DNA from: Hormiphora californensis
Taxonomy: Eukaryota > Animalia > Ctenophora
Length of the DNA: 64,000 nt
NCBI GenBank assembly: GCA_020137815.1
Contig: CM035361.1
Span: forward strand, 6,572,001-6,636,000
Direction: 5' to 3'
Made by a program: the position numbers and the translations under genes
Shown here: piece after piece, positions 41,601-59,256 of the stretch
Numbering within the stretch: the stretch's first letter is position 1
How the letters are laid out: every line of letters begins with the position of its first letter
The notes under the pieces: generated by a model
What the model was told of the DNA's origin: nothing
The model's database searches: none
Seen by the model: only the letters and a program-made list of their open reading frames with translations

Positions 41601-42174
41601 GGGGGGGGGGGGGGGGTTTGGTGCTTTTTTTACAAAAGGGGGGGGGGGGGGGGGGGGGGGTTTAATTTTTTAAAAACGGGGAGGGGGGGGAGGGGGGTTT
41701 GTGGGTTTTAATTTTTTAAAAACCGGGGGGGGGGGGGGGGGGTTGGTGTTAACCTTCTTAAAACGGGGGGGGGGTGGTTTGTTTACTTTCCCTTTCCAAA
41801 ACCGGGGGGGGGGGGTGCCCCCCCGGGGGGGGTTTGTTGTTTTTAACCTTCTTTTAAAAACCGGGGGGGGGGGGGGGGGGGGGGTTTGTTTTGTTTAATT
41901 TTTTTAAAGGGGGGTGGGGGGGGGGGGGGGGGTGTGTTTTTAACTTTCTTTAAAAAGGGGGGGGGGGGGGTTGGTTTTTTTAAAACTTTTAAAAGGGGGG
42001 GTTTTTTTTCTTTTTTTTAAAACCGGGGGGGTGTTTGGAAACCTTTTTTAAAACGGGGGGGGAGGGGGGTTGTTGTGTTATTTCTTTAAAAAAAGGGGGC
42101 GGGGGGGGGGGTGGTTTATTGTTTAAAAAGGGGGGGGGGGGGGGGGGGGAGGGGGGGGGGGGGGGGGGGTTTTT

Positions 42175-42209
<35 letters not shown>

Positions 42210-42224
42210 GTGTTTTTTTTAAAA

Positions 42225-42255
<31 letters not shown>

Positions 42256-44088
42256 TTTTGTTTTCTCCCCCTTTTTGGGGGGGGGGGGGGAGGGGGGTGG
42301 TTGGTTTGTGTTCTAACCCTTTCTTTACAAAACCGGGGGGGGGGGGGGGGGGGGTGGTGTTTTAACCTTTCTTTTACAAAACGGGGGGGGGGGTTTGGTG
42401 TTTCCCCTTTTTTTCCAAAAGGGGGGGGGGGGGGGGGGGGGGGTTTTTGGTTAACTTTTTTTAAAACGGGGGGGGGGGGGGGGGTGGTTGGGTTTTTTTT
42501 TCCCCCCGGGGGGGGGGGGGGGGGGGGGGGGGTTTGTTGTTTCCCCTTTTTACAAAACCGGGGGGGGGGGGGTGGTTTGTGGTGCCCTTTTTTTAAAACC
42601 GGGGGGGGGGGGGGGGGGGTTTTTTCCCTTCTTTTAAAAACGGGGTGGGGGGGGGGGGTTGTGGTTAACCCTTTCTTTAAAAAGGGGGGGGGGGGGGGTT
42701 TGTTTTTAACCTTCTTTAAAAAACCCGGGGGGGGGGGGGTTGTGTGTTTTTAAACCTTTTTTTCACAAAAGGGGGGGGGGGGTTGGGGTTTCAACCTTTT
42801 TAAACCGGGGGGGTGGTTTGTTGGTTGTTCCTTCTTTTCAAACCGGGGTGGGGGGGGGGGGGTGGTTGGTTCAACCTTCTTTAAAAACCCGGGGGGGGGG
42901 GGGTTTTTTTGGGGGGGTTTTTTTTTTTTCAAAACCGGGGGGGGGGGGGGGGGTTGTGGTTTTTGTTTCAAAAAGGGGGGGGGGGGGGGGGGGGTGGTTG
43001 GTTTGGGTTTTCCTTTCTTTAAAAAACCCGGGGGGGGGGGGGGGGGGGGGTTGGTTTAACCCTTTCTTTACAAAACCGGGGGGGGGGGGGGGGGGTGGTT
43101 TTTTTTCCCTCCTTTTTTAAAAACGGGGGGGGGGTTTGTTGTGTTCTAATTCTTTTCAAAACCGGGGGGGGGGGGGGGAGGTGGTTTGTGTTTTCCTTTT
43201 TTTTCCAAAACCGGGGGGGGGGGGGGGAGGTGGTTTGTTGTGTTTTCCCTTTTTTTAAAAACCGGGGGGGGGGGGGGGGGGTGGGGTTTTTTCCTTTCTT
43301 TTAAAAACCGGGGGGGGGGGGGGGTTTGTTGTGTTTAACCTTTCTTTTAAAAAAACCGGGGGGGGGGGGGGGTTTTTTTTGTTTTTTTTTTTTTGGGGGG
43401 GGGGGGGGGGGTGTTTTGTTTCAACCTTTTTTTTAAAAACCGGGGGGGGGGGGGGGGGGGGGGGGGGTTTGTTTGTTCTCCTTTTTCCCCCCAAAGGGGG
43501 GGGGGGGGGGGGTTTTTTTCTTTTTCTTTACAAAAGGGGGGGGGGGTTTGTGTTGTTTAAACCTTTCTTTTAAAAACGGGAGGGGGGGGGGGGGGGGGTG
43601 GGGTTGGTTTTTTCCCTTTCAAAAACGGGGGGGGGGGGGGGTTTTGGTTTTGGGGGGGGTTTTTTTTTTTTTTTCCCCGGGGGGGGGGAGGGGTTTGTTT
43701 TTCCCCTTTTTTTAAAAATGGGGGGGGGGGGGGGGGGGTTTTGTTGTGTTCTAACCCTTTTTTACAAAACCGGGGGGGGGGGGGAGGTGGTTGTTGTTTT
43801 TAACCCTTTTTTCAAAAGGGGGGGGGGGGGGGGGGGGTTTGGGTTTTTTGTTAAAAAACCCCGGGGGGGGGGGGGGGGGGGGTTTTTGGTTTCCTTTCTT
43901 TAAAAAGGGGGGGGGGGGGTTTGTTGTTTAACGTCCCGGGGGGGGGGGGGGGTTTTTGTTGTGTTGGTGTTTTTTCCTTTTTAAAAAGGGGGGGGGGGGG
44001 GGGGGGTTTTGTTGTTTTCTAATTCTTTAAAAAACCCGGGGGGGGGGGGGGGGGGGGGGGTTTGTTTTTTTTAACCCTTTTTTTAAAA

Positions 44089-44124
<36 letters not shown>

Positions 44125-44129
44125 AATTT
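38680..44129. repeat. G-rich ~50-bp tandem array (roughly 100 units), progressively degraded towards the N-gap
   Basis: Unit is approximately GGTGGTTTGTTGTGTTCTAACCCTTTCTTTTACAAAACC(G)n. Homopolymer noise increases towards 44129. Confidence 0.85.
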
Positions 44130-44229
44130 NNNNNNNNNNNNNNNNNNNNNNNNNNNNNNNNNNNNNNNNNNNNNNNNNNNNNNNNNNNNNNNNNNNNNNN
44201 NNNNNNNNNNNNNNNNNNNNNNNNNNNNN
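44130..44229. other. Assembly gap (100 N)
   Basis: Run of N flanked by low-quality sequence. Confidence 0.99.
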
Positions 44230-44801
44230 GAGAAGGGGGGGAGAGAGGAGAAAGGGAAAAAAAGGGGGGAGGGGGGGGGGAGGAGAGAGGGGGAAAGAGA
44301 GCGAGGGGGAGGGAAAAGGGGAGGGAGGGGGGGAAAGAGAGGGGGAGAGAGAGGAGGGGGAGAAAAAAGGAGAGAAGGGGAAAAAGGGAAAAACCCCAAG
44401 AAGGGGGGAAAAAAAGGAAGAAAATTCTCCTTTATCCCAACTCTCCCCTCTCCTCTTCCTCTCCTCCCCCAAATCCTCCTCTTCCCCCTCTTCCCTTCTC
44501 TCCCCTCCTTTTCCCTTTCTTCTCCCCTTTTTCCCCACCCCCTTTTTTTAAATTTTCCCTTTATCCCCTCCTCCTCTTCCTTCTATCTTTCTCCCTTATT
44601 CTTTTTTTTAACCTTTCCTCTTCTCCTTCTCCTTCTTTCCCCCCTTTTCCTCATCCCTTTCTTTTATTTGTTTCCCCGATGCATTAAAAACCAAAACCGG
44701 GGAAACAGCCTAGTGGAGGGGACCCCTGCCTTTTGTTCGGGGGATTTTTAAAGATTAAGCCTCCCATTTCTTTTTTTTCAGTTCTTAATCATTCCCTTTA
44801 A

Positions 44802-51306
<6,505 letters not shown>

Positions 51307-51544
51307 CAGATATATCCACCATTGGTGTGCTTCTAATGGAGAGTGGATATCCAATTCAGGAAAGATATTCAGATTGCTAACTGCTAAATGCCTCGATACA
51401 TGATACATGAAATCACAAGGGGATGGAGAGAACATGACATTGTGGGTTAGGACAAATTTGTATACGGGCCAATAAGGACCAATACGACCGAGTTATTGGT
51501 TATATTATTTGTCAGCTTCATTTTTCGCGAAGTTTGCTTATATC

Positions 51545-51610
51545 CATGACACACCCCGTTATGTACAGGGTGTCTCACTGTATCTGACCCGGGAGTATGG
51601 TTCTCGTACA
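51545..51610. mobile_element. Tiny Tc1/mariner-type MITE
   Basis: TA|CAGGGTGTCTCACTGT...ACAGTGGGACACCCTG|TA. Confidence 0.65.
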
Positions 51611-51711
51611 AAAACAGTGGGACACCCTGTACCCATGTTCAGGTGTCCAGCACTCTCTCTCTCCACTATTGGAAAGACCTACCTTTTGAGTGACAGGCTA
51701 ACGAGAGCGAG

Positions 51712-51756
<45 letters not shown>

Positions 51757-53039
51757 GAAGTAACAAATTTTTAACATTTTTCCATATATTTACCGTTACC
51801 CCCAGAGCGGCTTGACGTGTGTGTAATATCCCTGTGTCGATAGATAGGTTAGCTTCCAGTATTTTATACAAAACTACTCCTTTTGCCTATTTTTATCACG
51901 TCTATTATAGACACCATATAAAGAGTTAGCTACTTAAAAGTTACTGTATTAGCTATAATAATAGTTCCCCATTGCCCCATTATTTATTACTAATTGATAC
52001 GTAATGATATGATAAACGTGAAAATAACAAAAAAATAGCAAAATGTAAAAGACGTTATAAAGAGATAGCAATTTACACGTTATGAACGCTTGTGTTGATA
52101 CAAGGATGATTGTTTTTGTATCAGTTTGTTGGGTCAGTGAAAGTGAGAGAAAAAAGCGACGGATTCCTTTTTAAACATATATATGTAACCAGACTTTGTT
52201 ATCTCGTTGAGAGAGAGAAGAGAGATACATTCATGTATAAAATTTGTGTCAGGAGCCTTATTTTCCAAGTTGATGGTGGTGGCTCCATTATCACTGGTGG
52301 GTAGTGGGTACCAGTAGATGGTGATCCCCACAATGGGTGGGCTCCATGATGGTAGTGGGCAACTCCATTATCACTACCATGCTGGTGGTATACCAGTGTT
52401 TCTGTTTCATGTAGTGTTAGTTTTATTACCCAGAAACGCTCCCTTCCTAGTGTAATTATGTGTTACATTATAACCTCTCCATATTAACTCAGAAATCAAT
52501 CCTCTAGATCAGTAGTGTGTCCTTCCTTATCGTTTGTAAATGGCCCATCTGATTCCCTTAAAAATAACTTTGGTTTTACTTTTCTGCAGACCCGTTGTGG
52601 TGGCGTCAGTCAAATTGAGAATACACTGCATTTAGGTGGCGCGCAGTTACTGGTGCCGCGCGCTCAAACTCAGCAATAAAATTATGTCATCATTTTTGAG
52701 TTTCAGATTTGAAGTTTTTTTTCTCGAGTGCCGACACAAATTTAATTTCATGGGCAATTCCTGTGCCTTACTCGTGGGGGTTCTATCCCCTACACCTCCA
52801 CCGGAGCTGGGCCGATAAGCTTCCGCTGACCCCCTCATTTTGGGTTTCATACCCCCTGACCGGGGCTGCTGCCCTAGCCCCGGATTGCCTTGTTCGACCC
52901 TCCCTCCCCGCGTCCCGGTTTGAACAAAACAAGCCCCGGACGCACCAGCCGAGCTCCGTACCTTAAAAATTCAACAGAAGTATTTATATTTATTAAAGTT
53001 GTATTTTCACTCTAGCAATGTGACCATATTTCTACAAAG

Positions 53040-54150
53040 ATGTGGTTTCCTTGGAGCGATTCAATCAAAACCCGACTATGTCGCTTCCTTCTTCAGGTAA
53101 ACAAAGACATTACTTCTAGGAAATCTTCACTTTTATGACCCCTCAACGCATTCTAGCAATAAATCGTTACCCCCCCCCCCTCAATATGTATCACCTCTAG
53201 TAATTTGTCCCCCTCAGCACTACATAGGGCACTTTCTCTCAATATGTATCACCTCTTTGTCCTTCTCCCCTCAGCACTACATAGGGCACTTTCTCGATGA
53301 AAAGCTGTCGCTGGAGCAGATGAGTATTGAGCTGTATGCTGGTAAAGGGACAATCCACAATGTAGGTCTCAACACAGAGGCACTCAATGAGGTGCTGGAT
53401 AAAGTTAATTTGCCTTATGAAATTACACAAGGATTTATCGGGTATGTGTTCTTTTTTGTGGTCATCACACAGCGTCATGCACTTGCACCTTGCCCGACCC
53501 TCTTCCCGTGTTCTCCGTAAAGGAGGTTTAGAACATACCAAGGATTCGGCTGATCAAGTATTCTTGTCAGCAAATATATATTTTTTTCAGTTCTTACACA
53601 ATTCAGATCAAATACAACCACTATTATTTCAGTCGTGTGTCAATTGATGTTCCCTGGAGTGCTCTAATCTCGGACAGCACTGCAGTTGAGGTCGATGGTT
53701 TGGAGATAACGGTTCAACCCAAGAGTTATTGTACACAGGATAATACTAGTATGATGGATAGTGTTCGAAACATGACATCCAGGTAACCAGCTTGAAACTA
53801 CCCTTCCTTTTTTCAAAAAACAACCTTCCTTTTTTCCCCTTCTTGCGAAAACTCTCACTATTTCATTCCTCAGTTTGGTTCCTTAACTTGCTATAACACA
53901 CAATTCTCCCTATTGTCAGTTTGGTTTTGGCTCAACAGGTTATGGAAGAGGAATTGGATACAAAGTTAGAGGGGCTGGAGGCATTTGCTCAGATGATCGA
54001 GAGTGTTTTATCACGTGTAAAATGCAGCTTTAAGAACACTTCAATTAGATTGCAGTCACGTGATCCTGTCATTGGGGTGTCACTGGAACTTGTTATTGAT
54101 AGGTGAGTAGGAATTGGTAGATTTCACTAATTATATTTCACTCCATCTCA

Positions 54151-54181
<31 letters not shown>

Positions 54182-57100
54182 CCACTAACCTCACAATGTA
54201 TACCCCCGCAGTGTAAACTATTTCGATGAAAGAGAGAAGACAGAGGGAGAGGATGGAATCCAGAAGTAACACCAGGGTAAAGTAACTGAGAGACTAAGTA
54301 GGGTTTAGATAGAGATGGTCGGTAGGTTGTGGGGTGGTGGTCGGTAAGAACAATCTCCCCTTCATTGGGTAGGAGGTCCCCTTTTTCTTCTCTCATTCCT
54401 GTTCTTTCTCGAAATGTTTAAAAAGGGGAAGAAAAAAGAAAAAAAACCGTACTCCAAAAACCCCTCCCCTTCCGACCGATTCCCCCGATTCCCTTTTAAA
54501 AAAAAAAAAAAAAAAAAACCCCCCTTTTTCCCCTTTTCTTTCCCCAATCCCGTTTGCCAAAAAAAGGGGGTTTTGAAAACCCTTTTTTCAGGGGAAAAGT
54601 TTTCGTATAAACAACTGGCCCCCCCCCCCCCCCCATTTTCCCAAAACCGGGGGGCCCCCAGTTGCGTGATTATAACAACTCCCCCCCCCGATAATTTAAC
54701 GGGGGGTCATAAGGGATAAATATGTCTGGGTTTAGGGTTCGAGTGAACCCAGGACACCCAATTTAAAGCCCGGGTCAACAACCCCTTTTGTTTTTAGAGG
54801 TATTGGGCCCAAAAATCTCCTCTCGCTCTCTCTCTCTTCTCTCTCCTTTATCTCTCTCTTTTCTTCTCTATCTCTCCCCCCACCCCCTCTCCCTTTTCTC
54901 CCCCCTTTTCTCTCTCTTTTCTTTTTCTCTCTCCTCTCGCTCCCCCTCTCTCTCTCTCTCTCTCTCCTAAAATTTTCACTCTTCCCCCCCTTTTCTCTCT
55001 CGCCCCTCTCTCTCTCTCTTCTCTCCTCTCTCTCTCTCCCCCCCTTCTCTCCTCCTTTCAGAAAAGGGGCTCCCCGGGGGAGGAAGAGGGAAACAGAAAA
55101 ACCTTTCCAATAAACCCAGACCCTCCTAAAAAATTTTGGGGGGAAAAGGGGGGTCAAGATTCACCCGAAAATCAATGTCAGTGCCCGGACCCAAAGGGAA
55201 AATTTCCCCAGCCCCTACTGGGTATTACTATCTTCAAATTTTTATCCTTCCGGGCTCCCCTCCCCCCCCCCATTTTAGTTTGGAATGTAGGTTTGGCCCC
55301 CCCCCCCTCCCCTTAATTACCCCCCCTTCTCCCTTTTTTCTAGCTTGATATGGAGTGTAAGGGTTGGGGATATTAAAGCCGCCCCCCCCCCCATTTCAAA
55401 ATCCCCTCTCCCTCCCCACCTAAAAACCCTCTCTCCCCCGCTGGATAGGAGTGTAAAGGTTGGGGGAGTTTTTCACGCCAAAGCTCCCCCACCCCCCCCC
55501 CCCCCAATACTAACTCCACTCCCCCACCTAACTAACTCAACTACCCCCCCCCCCCCCTAACTAACCCCCCACCCTAACTAACTCCCTCTCTCCCCTAGCT
55601 GGATATGGAATGTAATGTGGGCAGTATTCATGCCATGCTCTCGCCACATGATGTCCATGTTATTGGAAATCTTCTGGAAAGCGTCACCTCAACTCTTGCT
55701 GGTCAGTTCTTTTAGTGTGGGGCTGTGTTTGTGAGATCTGCTTGCTGGTCAGTGCTTTTAGTGTGGGTCTGTGTTTTATGTGTGGAAAGTGGGTTAGACA
55801 TGGTTTGACACACATAATTTGACATATTTTGTTTGTGTGAAACTGCGTGTGTGAGATGCCGGTCAGTCCTTAGACCCGAAAGAAAAGCTTGTAACAGCTG
55901 TTGTAACAGTGATTGTACAGGAAAGACGCACCCTCACTATTCACATTATATGACGTCAGCTAACGTTGGGCACTGGACAGTAGACTGCAGCGTTTATAGT
56001 CTAACATCAATATATCCCCGGTCTACTAGATAGTAGAAAAGAGACGGCTCCCTCGCAGGCTCGTGCACTAATGTACAAGAATTCTATAAGTAACTACCTC
56101 TAACACCATACCCCCACTAGATAGTAGAAAAGAGACAGCTCCCCTCCCCATCAAACAACGTCCCCCCACTATACTACTTGGGGTTTCACTCTCCTCCATA
56201 CCCCCCCCCCCCCACTAGATAGTAGAAAAGAGACGGCTCCCTTCCGCTGTAAGAGGATGAGTTCTGAAGATTACGCAACCGTTGAACGAGATCTGCATCT
56301 CCATTATACGAACAATAGTGAGAGCAACCATCGCAATAAACACCCTGTAAGTAGTAACCATCGCAATAAACACCCTGTAAGTAGTAACCATCGCAATAAA
56401 CACCCTGTAAGTAGTAACCATCGCAATAAACACCCTGTAAGTAGTAACCATCGCCAATAAACACCCTGTAAGTAGTAACCATCGCAATAAACACCCTGTA
56501 AGTAGTAACCATCGCAATAAACACCCTGTAAGTAGTAACCATCGCAATAAACACCCTGTAAGTAGTAACCATCGCAATAAACACCCTGTAAGTAGTAACC
56601 ATCGCAATAAACACCCTGTAAGTAATAACCATCGCAATAAACACCCTGTAAGTAGTAACCATCGCAATAAACACCCTGTAAGTAGTAACCATCGCAATAA
56701 ACACCCTGTAAGTAGTAACCATCGCAATAAACACCCTGTAAGTAGTAACCATCGCAATAAACACCCTGTAAGTAGTAACCATCGCAATAAACACCCTGTA
56801 AGTAGTAACCATCGCAATAAACACCCTGTAAGTAGTAACCATCGCAATAAACACCCTGTAAGTAGTAACCATCGCAATAAACACCCTGTAAGTAGTAACC
56901 ATCGCAATAAACACCCTGTAAGTAGTAACCATCGCAATAAACACCCTGTAAGTAGTAACCATCGCAATAAACACCCTGTAAGTAGTAACCATCGCAATAA
57001 ACACCCTGTAAGTAGTAACCATCGCAATAAACACCCTGTAAGTAGTAACCATCGCAATAAACACCCTGTAAGTAGTAACCATCGCAATAAACACCCTGTA

Positions 57101-58915
57101 AGTAGTAACCATCGCAATAAACACCCTGTAAGTAGTAACCATCGCAATAAACACCCTGTAAGTAGTAACCATCGCAATAAACACCCTGTAAGTAGTAACC
57201 ATCGCAATAAACACCCTGTAAGTAGTAACCATCGCAATAAACACCCTGTAAGTAGTAACCATCGCAATAAACACCCTGTAAGTAGTAACCATCGCAATAA
57301 ACACCCTGTAAGTAGTAACCATCGCAATAAACACCCTGTAAGTAGTAACCATCGCAATAAACACCCTGTAAGTAGTAACCATCGCAATAAACACCCTGTA
57401 AGTAGTAACCATCGCAATAAACACCCTGTAAGTAGTAACCATCGCAATAAACACCCTGTAAGTAGTAACCATCGCAATAAACACCCTGTAAGTAGTAACC
57501 ATCGCAATAAACACCCTGTAAGTAGCAACCATCGCAATAAACACCCTGTAAGTAGTAACCATCGCAATAAACACCCTGTAAGTAGTAACCATCGCAATAA
57601 ACACCCTGTAAGTAGTAACCATCGCAATAAACACCCTGTAAGTAGTAACCATCGCAATAAACACCCTGTAAGTAGTAACCATCGCAATAAACACCCTGTA
57701 AGTAGTAACCATCGCAATAAACACCCTGTAAGTAGTAACCATCGCAATAAACACCCTGTAAGTAGTAACCATCGCAATAAACACCCTGTAAGTAGTAACC
57801 ATCGCAATAAACACCCTGTAAGTAGTAACCATCGCAATAAACACCCTGTAAGTAGTAACCATCGCAATAAACACCCTGTAAGTAGTAACCATCGCAATAA
57901 ACACCCTGTAAGTAGGAACCATCGCAATAAACACCCTGTAAGTAGTAACCATCGCAATAAACACCCTGTAAGTAGTAACCATCGCAATAAACACCCTGTA
58001 AGTAGTAACCATCGCAATAAACACCCTGTAAGTAGTAACCATCGCAATAAACACCCTGTAAGTAGTAACCATCGCAATAAACACCCTGTAAGTAGTAACC
58101 ATCGCAATAAACACCCTGTAAGTAGTAACCATCGCAATAAACACCCTGTAAGTATATAGTGTGTATATATTGTAGGAATGGTAATGAGTGTTTATTATTA
58201 GAAATGGCATAAAGTAGAGGTGAACTATACCCCCCTGTTTCACAGGTTGAACAAAGTGACTTCTTCTATAGTATGCACAGTGGTCTTCCACCCCTGGCGC
58301 CTCTTGATGACACTGAATTACAGGTACCCCAATAAACTATTCACTTTAATGTTTCATGTTAATGTGTCTGTTCATTCTCATGCCCAGCACATTTATTTGT
58401 TTATTTGTTTATTTGTTTATTTGTTTATTTGTTTATTTGTTCATTTGTTTATTTGTTCATTTGTCTCTATATTGTAACCACCCTCCTCTCTCAGAGTATA
58501 CCGCTTGGCAGTGTGGGTGGTGACTCCCTACCATTTCATCCTAACAGAACAACATCCCGAGGGGGCGGCCCAAATGACCCTAGACAAACCCAGACTGAAC
58601 TGCAGAAAGATGAAATTATTGTAAGTCGCCCCCCCCCCCCCCCCCCCCCCCACGACGCTATTGGCCCCGCTCCCGCCGCTATTGGCCTATTTGATGAGTT
58701 AAATTTTCCGGATTTCCATCCGTGTGAGATACTTTGAACAACAGCCTGTTATTTTATGATGAGAGTTATAAATATTATATTGTATGATCTTTCAGTTCCA
58801 ATTGAATGTCCGATACCTGGCAGTTACCCTCCTCCACCAAAATCTTACCAATGCAAGTGTTACTGGAAACTTAACTCAACCCATGGTGACTCTCTCCAAC
58901 AAATATTTTGACAAG
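53040..58915 (+). CDS. ATG2: Autophagy-related protein 2, N-terminal part. Exons 53040-53096, 53275-53441, 53633-53782, 53920-54102, 54212-~54277, [unresolved], 55599-55701, 56219-56346, 58246-58323, 58495-58620, 58796-58915; the gene should continue beyond
   Basis: MWFPWSDSIKTRLCRFLLQ/HYIGHFLDEKLSLEQMSIELYAGKGTI (chorein-N), IDVPWSALISDSTAVEVDGLEITVQP, LEGLEAFAQMIESVLSRVKCSF, GSIHAMLSPHDVH and MSSEDYATVERDL. Confidence 0.9.
56327..58153 (+). repeat. 30-bp tandem array (~61 copies) of an ATG2 donor junction
   Basis: Unit is AACCATCGCAATAAACACCCT|GTAAGTAGT. The first copy is the real exon end at 56346. Confidence 0.95.
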
Positions 58916-59219
58916 GTAAGGACCTTCCCCAACAAGTGTTTTTAGGGTGTTGTTGTATTTAGACGTGTGCAGCAAAATATGTTAATTCTTATCAAAATTA
59001 AAAGCATAAAGGTAAGGTGTTGTTTTTATTTCGACTTTTTCACAAAGCAGGAGATGTTTTTTATCAAAATTAAAAGCATAAACAATACAAGGACCGGTTT
59101 ATTTGTGTAGATAAGTTAATTTAACGTTTATTGAGAGACGGTTGTAAACAAGATAATGATATCAATAAGTTGTGTTAACCATCTCTTAAAGGAACGTCCA
59201 GACCCACTGAGTGTCATAA

Positions 59220-59256
59220 TTAGATAGGGCGGGTTTTTCTACCTCTTATTCTGATC
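59220..59256 (-). CDS. Putative terminal exon of an unidentified minus-strand gene (xIRIRGRKTRPI*)
   Basis: Acceptor gtttcttacag|G ATC AGA ATA AGA GGT AGA AAA ACC CGC CCT ATC TAA, with a minus-strand AATAAA at 59127-59132. It is too short to identify. Confidence 0.35.

Noticed and set aside
38713-44751. Gly/Pro-rich ORFs
   Set aside because: They are translations of a homopolymer-noisy satellite beside an assembly gap.
54400-55330. ORFs in the ATG2 interval
   Set aside because: Homopolymer-inflated low-quality sequence. Real ATG2 exons are probably garbled here.
56186-58291. 701-aa and 640-aa minus-strand repeat ORFs
   Set aside because: They are antisense translations of the 30-bp ATG2 donor array.
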